Below are positions 28,402 to 37,496 of a stretch of 64,000 nucleotides of DNA, in pieces. Every line of letters starts with the position of its first letter. Position 1 is the stretch's first letter. The stretch is from an uncultured Acidimicrobiales bacterium (GTDB lineage Bacteria; Actinomycetota; Acidimicrobiia; Acidimicrobiales; SZUA-35), in assembly GCA_963698395.1 (NCBI GenBank), contig CAVOQQ010000001.1:68754-132753 (forward strand). Reading direction: 5' to 3'. The notes beneath the pieces were generated by a model. That model made no database searches. It was not told the DNA's origin and saw only the letters and a list, made by a program, of their open reading frames with translations. The position numbers were made by a program, and so were the translations under genes.

Positions 28402-28796
28402 AAGCCTCGTGCGGTCTTTGGGAATGGTCCAAGGCGTCGGATCGAGAACCCGTTCCGGTGACGGCTACGCGGTTGGTGTCGGGGAGCGGATCGATCGGGT
28501 TCGGAACCCAGCGGTGAATCGCTGCCCGCTGGTTGTCGGGTGAGACCGTCGACGCCATCTAGACCTTCGAAGACGAGGTCGTTCTGCTTCTTCGTTGCGA
28601 GATAGGGGTGAGGTCGGGGGGAGGCAGATCCGCAGGAACGAACAGGTGCTGATGTGGTAGGCGTCGGTCATCGCGACGAGGACATTGACGTCGAGCGCGA
28701 CCACGCCGATCGACACGCCCTTTATTCGCCTCGCCCAAAGGAGGAGATTCTCCCCAATGCCGGGTGCACCGAGTCGTTTCCGTTGGCCGATGGATT

Positions 28797-29055
28797 TCAG
28801 CCGAGAGGTAGGAGCGCTCGGACGATTGAACCGTTGCTGCTCGACGTGATGTCGACGGATCCGCCGATCTCGGCGGCTCGCTCGCGCATGGAGGACATGC
28901 CGACGCCGGGCACCCAAGGATTGTCTGAGGAGCCCGTGTCGCGGACGATCACTTCGATGTGCTCATTTTCGTGATTGATCTGTATCCAGACCTGGTCGGT
29001 GCCGCTGTGTCGCGCCGAGTTCGTCACGGCCTCGGTGGCGATCCTTCGGGCGGGG
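28797..29055 (-). pseudogene. sensor histidine kinase C-terminal fragment
   Basis: PARRIATEAVTNSARHSGTDQVWIQINHENEHIEVIVRDTGSS..GVGMSSMRERAAEIGGSVDI is the last ~85 aa of a NarL-type kinase. Nothing kinase-like lies upstream. Confidence 0.6.
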
Positions 29056-29083
29056 TCCTTTTGCGGTGAGGTAGGGTCGCCGC

Positions 29084-30008
29084 GTGCAGAACCGGCCAGG
29101 AGCGCTCGCAGCGATCGGGAAGACTCCGGTCGCGAGGCTGTCGTCGTTCGGCGGGCCGGACGCCGCCGAGATCTGGGTCAAACTCGAGGCGGCGAATCCC
29201 ACGGGCTCCTACAAGGACCGCATGGCCCTCGCCATGATCGAGGGAGCAGAGGCACGGGGTGAGCTTCGGCCCGGTCAGACCGTCGTCGAGTACACGGGCG
29301 GGTCGACTGGGAGTTCCCTTGCGTTCGTCTGCAGCATCAAGGGCTATCCGCTCCGGATCGTGTCCTCGAACGTGTTCGCCGATGAGAAGCTTCTGACCAT
29401 GCGCGCCTTTGGTGCCGATCTCGAGCTGGTCCACAGCGACGAGGGGATTCATCCCGATCTGATTCCACAGATGCAGGCTCGTGTCGCAGAGATCGTCGAG
29501 GAGGAAGGCGCCTTTCCCACTGACCAGTTCAACAACCTCGACACACTTGATGGCTACCTGGAGATCGGTCGTGAGCTCGTCGAACAGATAGACGGCGAGA
29601 TCCACGGCATCGCGGTCTATGTCGGTGTCGGCGGCGCCTACATGGGAACGAGTCGGCCGATCCGCGAGCGTTGGCCCGATGTCGTTCGCACCGTCGTCGA
29701 ACCTGCCGAGTCTGCGGTCATCGCTGGTCGTACCGCCGGAAGTCACATGATCGAAGGCGGAGGCGTCGGCTTCGTCCCGCCGCTCATCACCCCTGACAGC
29801 TATGACCGTCTTGACGCGGTGAGCACAGAGGAAGCGTTCGACGCTGCTCGCACGCTTGCGCGAGTCGAGGGTGTCTGGACCGGGCCGAGCGGCGGAGCCA
29901 GCATCCTTGCGGCTGCCCGCCTTGCCAGGGAGCCGGTCCGGACACCGCGTCGTCACGCTTCAGCCTGACTCAGGGCTCAAGTACTTGAGCGGCGATCTGT
30001 ACAGGTGA
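29084..30008 (+). pseudogene. PLP-dependent cysteine-synthase-family enzyme (paralog of 13476..14408), 3' frameshift
   Basis: KLEAANPTGSYKDRMALAMIEGAE and GGSTGSSLAF. The listed ORF ends at 29968, but the family tail HRVVTLQPDSGLKYLSGDLYR* is in the +1 frame, to 30008 (compare VTLACDTGLKYLSGDLYRR* at 14408). Shift near 29935. Confidence 0.7.
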
Positions 30009-30299
30009 CGCCAGGATCGTCTCGGGCAAACCCACCTCGTTGAGCTTCGCATTCGTCGTGTCCACATCAACCAAAGGATCAGGCAGGTCGGTCGGCCAGT
30101 CAGATCGATTCCATGCCCGCTGCGGGCATGCAGGGTGGGTTGCGTCTTCCGGGTGTTGCCTCGGGGCTGGGGACACAGAGTTCGGCTTCGAGGCCGCCGA
30201 GGTCGGTGAAGAACCGGCGGAGCACGGGTTCCGAAGTCGGTGACGAACCCGTCGGTCGCATCACGCTGCATGAGGCCGGGCGATCGAATGGGGGGACAG

Positions 30300-30836
30300 A
30301 TGGCTATTGGTCGCAGAGAAATTCTCAAAGGCCTCTTCGCGATACGTGAGCGGTGGGATTCACCACCACGGCAGCCGGCGCGCTCCCGAACAACGCCGGC
30401 GACGGAGTTTCTCCTCAGAGGTCGGCCTGACTGCTTTGCATGTCAGCGCATCCAACCTCCGTCTTTCGACAGCCGGTCGATCTGCTCCCACCACCGGTGA
30501 AAGCGTGCTGCTGAGCGCGGGGAGCTCGAGATCGACGCCATGGGGATCAGTGGCACCATGCACGGTGTGTACCTGGTGATCGATTCGCCAGGAGCGGTCG
30601 GCGCATCCGCCCCGACCAGTATCGAGACGCACTACTTCGCCTTCCCTGGCGGCACCCTCGTTGGATCGGGAACGGCGTCGCTCGATGACGCCGAAGACGA
30701 GTTCGTGGTGCTCGGCGGCACCGGCGCATTCGCCGGTATCCGGGGATCGTATGGCGCCATTCAGCGCCCGCTCGGGCTCGGCGGCGACGGCACCGCCAGC
30801 TATCAGTTCACATTCCTCACCCAGCAAGGATCCTGA
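30300..30836 (+). pseudogene. twin-arginine-signal protein with dirigent / allene-oxide-cyclase-barrel-like domain, about three frameshifts
   Basis: ATG 30300 MAIGRREILKGLFAI (RRxxLK motif). AVGFTTTAAGALPNNAGDG (second frame). VGLTALHVSASNLRLSTAGRSAPTTGESVLLSA (third frame). ELEIDAMGISGTMHGVYLVIDS..FVVLGGTGAFAGIRGSYG..YQFTFL (30540 frame). Confidence 0.55.
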
Positions 30837-30837
30837 A

Positions 30838-31329
30838 ATGGCAGTCGACATGCTCCTCAAGCTCGGAAGCGTTGTCGGTGAGAGCATCATCGCAGGTCAC
30901 GAAGGCGAGATCGACGTTCTTGCGTGGTCATGGGGCGCGAGCAACTCGGTAGCTCGACTCCAGGTCAGGTCCAACAAGGTGACGTCGAGCTTCCAAGACC
31001 TCTCTTTGACGAAGTGCATCGATCGTTCGAGCGAAGACCTGCTCGAGCTGGTCGCGACCGGAGCACAGGTACCAGACGCTCAATTGACGGTGCGCAAGGC
31101 GGGTGACACCTCAGTCGATTACGTGGTCATCCGCTTCAAGCCCGTGATCGTCAGACGTCTGTCTCGACCGGCGGGAGTGGCGGTGACGATCGATTGACCG
31201 AGAATGTCTCGCTCAACTTCGGGGCCTTCGAATACGTCTATACCCCTCCGGGTGAGAGAGGGCGTGGGTTCGACGGAGGAGTTCGCTTGGGACATCCAGG
31301 CTGCGAAGGCCATCACGGGCAACGTCTGA
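30838..31329 (+). pseudogene. hcp: Hcp (type VI secretion tube protein) homologue, two compensating frameshifts
   Basis: ATG 30838, 1 nt after the upstream stop. Three blocks: MAVDMLLKLGSVVGESIIAGHEGEIDVLAWSWGAS..FQDLSLTKCIDRSSEDLLELVATGAQVPDAQLTVRKAG..VDYVVIRFKPVIV | TSVSTGGSGGDDRLTENVSLNFGAFEYVYTPP | EGVGSTEEFAWDIQAAKAITGNV*. The middle block is in another frame (shifts near 31155 and 31250). The motifs match Hcp1 of P. aeruginosa as I recall it. Confidence 0.7.
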
Positions 31330-31380
31330 CGCCCACCGAACGGTTGGGTGTCGCCGGTGTTCAGGTGATCGGTGGTGGTG

Positions 31381-32290
31381 TCAGGCTGATCGCTGCCGCA
31401 ATGGTCTCGCCACCGCGGTCGATATCGGCGGAGCGGCCGAGCGTGGCGGGGGTGTCGCGTCCGGTGCTGCCATCATCGGGAAGCGGCGCCAGCCGTGACC
31501 GGACTCGTGGAAGCCGATTGCTGGTGTGGTCGCTCCGTCACACGACACGATCAGGGCCTTGGTGGCTCCCATCTCGCTGAAGTGTTGACCGAGCTGGATC
31601 TGAGGGCCACAGTGATAGTCGTTGCAGACGTCGGAACGTTCCGTTCGAGGTAGCGCACAGCCCTGGTCACCGTGATAGACGCAGCTGCCCTCGACCGAAT
31701 GCTCGGGCAGGCGGTCCAGATAGTGAGCGGTTACGTCGGCCTCCGTCATTCCGGGATGCTCGTGACAGAACCGTTGGATCGTGTCGACCGTCAGGAAGGC
31801 ATGGCTGGCCGCCCCAAGGGTGCAGCATCGGCCCGCGGAAGTGGCGCAGGCAGCGGACATCAGGGGGTGCTCGGGGCTCCTCTCCGCCACGGTCCGTCGG
31901 CGACTTCGGGGCCTCCTCGGCAAAGGCGGCCGTAACCACCTGATTCACACGCGTGCCGAAGTCGACTCGTCGTTCATCCGGAAGCGATGAAAGTGGCCGA
32001 TCTTGGCGTGGCACGAGTCCGTAGGCGATCTCGGCCGGGTCGCCGCCCAGCTCGGCAGCGGCAGCGTCGATCTCGGACCCGTGAGTTTCGATGATCTGGC
32101 ACAGACTGGTGATGTGGGTCTGCCATCGAGCGACGTGAGCCTGCCATCGCCGTTCGCGGACCAGAGCGGCAGCCTCTTGGATCCGTCGGGTCTGGCGACT
32201 CCGCGCCGAGCAGACACCGCTCCTGACCGCCTCGTGACGATCGATCAGTGCGTTGCAGAATCGGCAGGTCGGTTGCCACGGCAGCGCGGT
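31381..32290 (-). pseudogene. zinc-ribbon-like + YkgJ/CxxCxxCC-type cysteine-cluster protein, at least one frameshift; 5' end uncertain
   Basis: CRFCNALIDRHEAVRSGVCS..DERRVDFGTRVNQVVTAAFAEEAP (31667..32458 frame). Then CATSAGRCCTLG..SCVYHGDQGCALPRTERSDVCNDYHCGP (31381..31923 frame). Shift near 31870. Confidence 0.45.
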
Positions 32291-32714
32291 CGCCTGCAGC
32301 GATGTAGGTCGCCCGGTCAACCCGGGTCTTCCTGCCGTTGGAACACTCGCTTCACTTCGACGTTCGGAGCCGCGAAATTGGCCAGCCCATCCGGCGAGAC
32401 CGGACGTCCGCTGGTTCCTGCACATGTCACCGACAGTAGTGCAAGCGCCAGGATCCATCCGAAGGGACGCCGCCGCCGATGCCGTGCTCGATCAGGCATC
32501 GGTCATCCAGGGCGACCGAAACCCTCAAGTAGGGCGAGTGCGAGGAGCGGGCCACACGATTGGCGCAGTCGTTTCTCGTCCCCGGGTGGAAGGTGGTCGT
32601 GTCCCAGAACCTCACACGACGCTCACGCAACGAGAGCAGATTGGGGCTGGTCAGCGTGGTGTCGGAGCAAGGTGACTTTCGGCTTGGTCACCCGTCGAAC
32701 CTCGTTCTACTGCG

Positions 32715-34393
32715 TCAGCACACGGTGACGGTTCCGGTGGTCGGGTCGATCTCGACCTCGTCGTCGGTTCGGACGGAGCGCAGGAGCCCTGAGACGCCGA
32801 CGATGGCGGGGACGCCGAACTCGCGGGCTGACGATCGCGGTGTGGCTCATCGGACCGCCCTCTTCCACGGCAACGGCACCAAGCAGCGGGAAGATGCTGT
32901 TGAACGACGGGCTGGTGAACGGCGCGATCAGCACGTCGCCTTCCTCGATCGCATCGAAGTCGCTCATCGGGACGAGCGATCACGACGGGCGCGCCCGCGG
33001 TACACGCCGCCCCCGATCCCCTGACCGACCAAGGCTTCCCCGGCGGCTGCTGCCGACTCGCCCTGCATCGCGTCGATGAGCGCCATCACGGCGCGAGTTG
33101 CCCGCGCCATCGGCTTCGGGAATGCGTCGAGTGGCGGGGGCGGTTCCTCCTCGCCGAGCAACGTCGGCGCATCGAGCGAGAGCTGGAACGTGCGCTCGGC
33201 ATCGCGTTCGCGGATCTGGTCGACCGAGGGAGTACGCGCGCCGCGGAGCAGTCCGGCGAGCTCGGCGCCGTCGCAGTGGATGACGTGCGCCGCGTCGGCG
33301 AGAGCCGCGCCACGTTGCTCCAAGCGTCGCCCGATCTCGATCAGGGCTCGCCTGGCGATTCCGGCCGGCCAGTTCAGGCGCAGTCCGACGTTGTCGTCGC
33401 GAAGGCGAAGCCCGTATCGGGCCTCGGCGAGCAGTTCGTCGAACAGCGCTCGCTGATCGGCCGGAACCCGCTCACGCAGCGCCGTCGGATCGGGCGTCGG
33501 GGTGTGGGCGTCGGGGTCGAGGGCAGCGACGATCCGCCACTGGAGGTGGGGCTGTTCGTGGAGTGTGGGACAGTCGACGTCGTCGCTGTTGAGGAGCCGC
33601 CAGCCGTGAAGTTCGAGCCAGCGGTCGATCGCCGTTGCTGCCTGTGGCGAGCGGGAGCGGAGCTCGGCGATGGAAGACGGTGCAGCGCCGCGTCGCGGGC
33701 AGCGGCAAGGGCGCGCGCCGCCGGGGCGAGCAGATCGCGGGTCTCGACGGTGAGCGGCGACGAACCCGAGAGCAGCGGCGTCGCCTCCGCGGCGGTGATG
33801 CCCCAGCCGGCGCAGTGGGCGAGGTAGTCGCCGCACGGCACGATGTCGCCGCCGTGGGTCGCGAAGCCCAGCACGAACTGCTCGGCCAAATGATCGGCGA
33901 GTTCCTCGACGTGCGCCGCGAGTGCGTCGTCGCTCGCACCCGCCGGATCGAACGCCTGGAAGCGCAGGTTCTCGGACAACACGCCGCTGCGACCGCCACG
34001 ATCGAACCAGTCGTCGACGTCCTCGCGCCAGCGGCGCTCGACCCAGGCCTGCCGGGCGGTTCGGTTGCGACGGCGCAGCTCGGGGTGGAGACGTGCGACG
34101 AGCCACATGATCGGCCTCGGCGGCGGTGCACCACCCTTGCCGTTGTCGCCGATCGCCTTCGGACGGGCGTACACGTACCCGTGCACGTTGGCGAACTCCA
34201 TCGTCTCCAGCGGCAGGCCGAACCGCGCGGTGAGCGTCTCGAAGCCATCGGACGCTCCGTCGGCGATCGTGCGCATGAAGCGCGTGCCGGGTCTGCGTCC
34301 GTGGTGCGTGGTGTCGAGCATCCACTGGCCGGGGCCCGGCGGAACGAATTCGGCGGTGGGGGAGCTCGATGTCGTATCGCTGGTCATCGTCAT
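32715..34393 (-). pseudogene. PEP-utilising-enzyme mobile-domain protein, three frameshifts
   Basis: Four successive frames. MTMTSDTTSS..QWMLDTTHHGRRPGTRF. DRWLELHGWRLLNSDDVDCPTLHEQP..RYGLRLRDDNVG. MSDFDAIEEGDVLIAPFTSPSFNSIFPLLGAVAVEEGGPMSHTAIV. REFGVPAIVGVSGLLRSVRTDDEVEIDPTTGTVTVC*. GGxxSH is the swivel-domain phospho-His context. Confidence 0.6.
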
Positions 34394-34490
34394 GTGCCTG
34401 GTACTTCTCGCTCGGTCCGCACACTTGGATGCAGATACGCTGTCGTCAATGACATTGAGTCTGCACTAAAGGCAGTGGTACTGTCAAGAG

Positions 34491-35073
34491 GTGACCGATA
34501 CCCAGCGCTCGTACCGCAGCCCGTTGCGCGAAGCCCAGGCCGGCCGAGACGCGTGTCCACATCGTCGAGACGATGATCCGCCAGCTCGCGGAGACAGGGG
34601 GGACCGACTTCTCGATCCGCAGACTCGCCGACGCCGCCGACGTCTCCGAGCGCACCGTCTACCGCCATTTCCCCGACCGTGACGCCCTGCTCGACGCCGT
34701 CAACGACCACTTCGGCGAGGTGATGTCGACGGGCCGCCGCGAAGAGGAGCTCGCGGACCTCGACGAACTCGCTCGGTTCGTGCCGGACGTCTTCCGCGAC
34801 TTCGACCAGCACGCTGCGGCGACCAAGGCCTCGATCCTGATCAATCCCGATCCGGCACGGCTCTTACCGACGCAGCAGCGACGCACCGAGCTCATCATCG
34901 ATGTCTGTCGTCGCTCCTTTCCCGACCTGCCCGAAGCCGACCAGCGCCGACTCGGTCAGCTCATCCGTACGATCACCTCGACCTTCAACTGGCTGCGCAT
35001 GCGCGAGGAGTTCGGGATGACCGCCGACGAGTCCGGGGAGCTGATCGGCTGGGTTGTCCGTGGTCACCGATGA
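34491..35073 (+). pseudogene. TetR-family regulator, one frameshift
   Basis: GTG 34491 MTDTQRSYRSPLREAQA, then ETRVHIVETMIRQLAETGGTDFSIRRLADAADVSERTVYRHFPDRDALL in the 34573 frame. Shift near 34537 (caggccggccgag). Confidence 0.65.
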
Positions 35074-35365
35074 CATTCGCCGAACCGGTCGGCTCGGCAC
35101 CCCATCCGACGAGCCGGCCTGATCCCCGACTCGTCGCCAAGGCGGTGGGAGGAGATCAAGAAGACCAAGGGTGAGCTGTCCGCCGAGACCCGGGCTGGGC
35201 TCGAGGCCGGACTCCGACGAGCTCGGTCGGTCTGAGTGGGAGCGGATGTCGGTCGTGATCGATCGGCTGGCCGCCCGGCCGTCTGCGGGAATGTCAGAGT
35301 CACGGTGTCTCGGGTGGAGTACATACCCCTTGTTTCTAAGCGAACGCTTTGTTACGCTCGCAGCC

Positions 35366-36179
35366 ATGGGAACTCTGAAGGATCGGTATGGGGACTGGGC
35401 GTTGGTGGTCGGGGCCACGTCGGGAATCGGGCGAGCCTTGACCGATCAGTTGGCCGACGCTGGTTTGAATGTCGTGACCGTGGCCCGTACTGAAGAGACA
35501 CTGGAGCGTCAGGCCGAGGCGCTTCGTGCCGCTCACGGGGTCGAAGTGGTCCCCGTCGTTGCCGATCTGGCCCGGATCGATGGCGTCGCAGCGGTGATCG
35601 CCGGGGTCGGTGAGCTGGAGATCGATGTGCTGGTTCCCTGCGCTGCGACTGAGGGCGGCGGCTACTTCGTCGAGGGATCGACCGAAGCCCAGCAGCGCAT
35701 GTTGCAGATGAACTGCGCCGCTCCGACGCAGCTCGTTCAGCATTTTGGTGCTGCGATGGCCAAACGCCGGCGGGGTGCGATCCTGCTGGTGTCGAGCTTG
35801 TCGGGTTGGACGGGTCAGCCGTACATGGCGCAGTACGGCGCTTCGAAAGCGTACATCTTGTCGCTCGGCGAGGGCCTGTATCGCGAGATGAAGGATCTCG
35901 GTGTGGATGTTGCGGTGTTGTCTCCCGGTCCGACCGACACGCCGATGGCAGCAGCGACAGGAATCGACTTTGCCAAGATGAGCATGAAGGTCATGGACCC
36001 GACCGACGTCGCCGCAGCCGGGCTGGCAGCGCTTGGCCGACGGCGAGAACGCGATCCCCGGGGCGCGCAACAAGATGATGGCGATCATCATGACTCGCCT
36101 CATGCCGCGCCGGGCCGTCGGCGCGATGTTCCACAAGATGATGGGGCGAGCACTCCACATCTCAGCACCGGTCGCATGA
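35366..36179 (+). pseudogene. short-chain dehydrogenase/reductase, 3' frameshift
   Basis: ATG 35366 MGTLKDRYGDWALVVGATSGIGRAL..SSLSGW..YGASKAY. After ..AALG the family-like tail DGENAIPGARNKMMAIIMTRLMPRRAVGAMFHKMMG..* is in the +1 frame (to 36179). Extra C near 36041. Confidence 0.65.
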
Positions 36180-36552
36180 CCAAGCCCTCGCAACAAGTCA
36201 CGACAGTCGCAACAGCGAGGAACGAAGGAACCACGGTGAGATTCTCGACACAGCACCACCATGTCACCTTGACCACTTGACCTCACAGCCGGACAAGGCC
36301 TCCGAAACCAGGGAGCTGCTCGCCCGATGCGCCCAACGGATCACAGCGAAGAAGGCGGAGAACGGACCCGTGAGTTGGTGCGCTTCGGCGGGCGATGACG
36401 ACGGTGTGTTCTTCGTCAACGCCCTGTTGGAAACTCAAGAAGCAGTCGATTTCCACGTTGCGAACATCGCTGACATCACCGCCAACTTCGGTCCGTTGAT
36501 GGCCGCACCGGCTCAGATCGTCATCACCCGCGTGCTTGTCAGCGCCAACTGA
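36176..36552 (+). pseudogene. ABM-domain (quinol-monooxygenase-like) protein, one frameshift
   Basis: ATG 36176 overlaps the SDR stop. MTKPSQQ..TTVRFSTQHHHVTLT, then after a frame change near 36272, SQPDKASETRELLARCAQ..GVFFVNALLETQEAVDFHVAN. Confidence 0.5.
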
Positions 36553-36600
36553 CTCGCCGGTGCCCGGACCCGGTCGGGTCCTGGCACTATTGCTTCTACG

Positions 36601-37191
36601 GTGGGGAAGGCCATGGGACGACCCAAGACGTACGACCGAGCAACCGTGACCGCAGTAGCGATGGAGCTGTTCTGGCAGCGCGGCTACCACGACGTGTCCA
36701 CGCGCGACCTCGTTGACGCGATGGGGATCAACATGAACACGCTCTACACCGAGTTCGGAACCAAAGCCGGTCTGTTCAGTGCCGCGATCGAGCATTACGA
36801 ACAACACGTCGTACCGCTCTACATCGGCGCCCTCGAACAGCCCGATGCATCCATCGAGACCATCCGCGACGTGCTCAACTCCTTCCCCGCCTTCGCCAAA
36901 GCCGACGACGTTCTCCGCGGTTGCCTCATCACCAACACCGCCACCGAGCTGGCTCCCACACCGGACACGAGCCACCAGGCCATGGCCCGCTACATCGAAC
37001 GCCTCAACAACGCGTTCATCAACGCACTCCGAAACTCCGCAACCGATGCCCCAGACGTCACCGCCATCGCCCGGTTCCTCACCACCACGATGCTCGGGCT
37101 GTTCGTCATGATCCGCGCCCAAACCCCGGCATCACTGCTGCAAGACACCGCCGACTCAGCACTCGAATACATCGAAGGCAAACTCGGCTGA
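36601..37191 (+). CDS. TetR/AcrR-family regulator
   Basis: Intact. TVTAVAMELFWQRGYHDVSTRDLVDAMGINMNTLYTEFGTKAGLF. ATG 36613 is an alternative start. Confidence 0.8.
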   Translation: MGKAMGRPKTYDRATVTAVAMELFWQRGYHDVSTRDLVDAMGINMNTLYTEFGTKAGLFSAAIEHYEQHVVPLYIGALEQPDASIETIRDVLNSFPAFAKADDVLRGCLITNTATELAPTPDTSHQAMARYIERLNNAFINALRNSATDAPDVTAIARFLTTTMLGLFVMIRAQTPASLLQDTADSALEYIEGKLG

Positions 37192-37254
37192 ACTGCCCCG
37201 CGATCATTCGTGCGGTACTCGCCGCTCGAGGCGACTCGCATCAGCGGGTTCCCG

Positions 37255-37400
37255 ACGGCGTTGATCCGGGCCGGATCGCCCGCAGGTCGACCTGGCGTGA
37301 GTTGGCCGACCGCCTTGGGTCTGGATCACCATCGCCAGCTTCACCGCGACGGTGTGTTCGCCAACGCCAGTTGCCGACCGTCACGATCCAACGCCGCCTG
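37255..37400 (+). pseudogene. possible Lrp/AsnC-type HTH remnant
   Basis: DGVDPGRIARRSTWRELADRLGSGSPSPASPRRCVRQ resembles a degraded Lrp/AsnC N-terminal HTH. No ligand domain follows. Confidence 0.25.
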
Positions 37401-37496
37401 ACCGACCCTCGCCCGAGGTGTGACAATGGTAGCGAAGCGGAGGTGGAACACGCGACAGGAACGATCGGGCCTCGGGTGCTGCGCTACCCCGTGATC

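Noticed and set aside
28361-28716. PIN/VapC-like N-terminal motif VSIGVVALDVNVLVAMTDAYH on the minus strand.
   Set aside because: Only ~20 aa look PIN-like. There is no antitoxin ORF upstream, and no frame downstream reads like a PIN domain.
30300-34400. Search for a T6SS locus around hcp (TssB/C, VgrG, PAAR, ClpV, baseplate).
   Set aside because: None of the neighbouring readings shows such motifs, so hcp is reported as an orphan.
35338-35349. AAGCG-aa-CGCTT 17 nt upstream of the SDR start, and AGTTC-caatact-GAACT at 61420-61436 upstream of the HxlR gene.
   Set aside because: The arms are only 5 bp, so such repeats are expected by chance.
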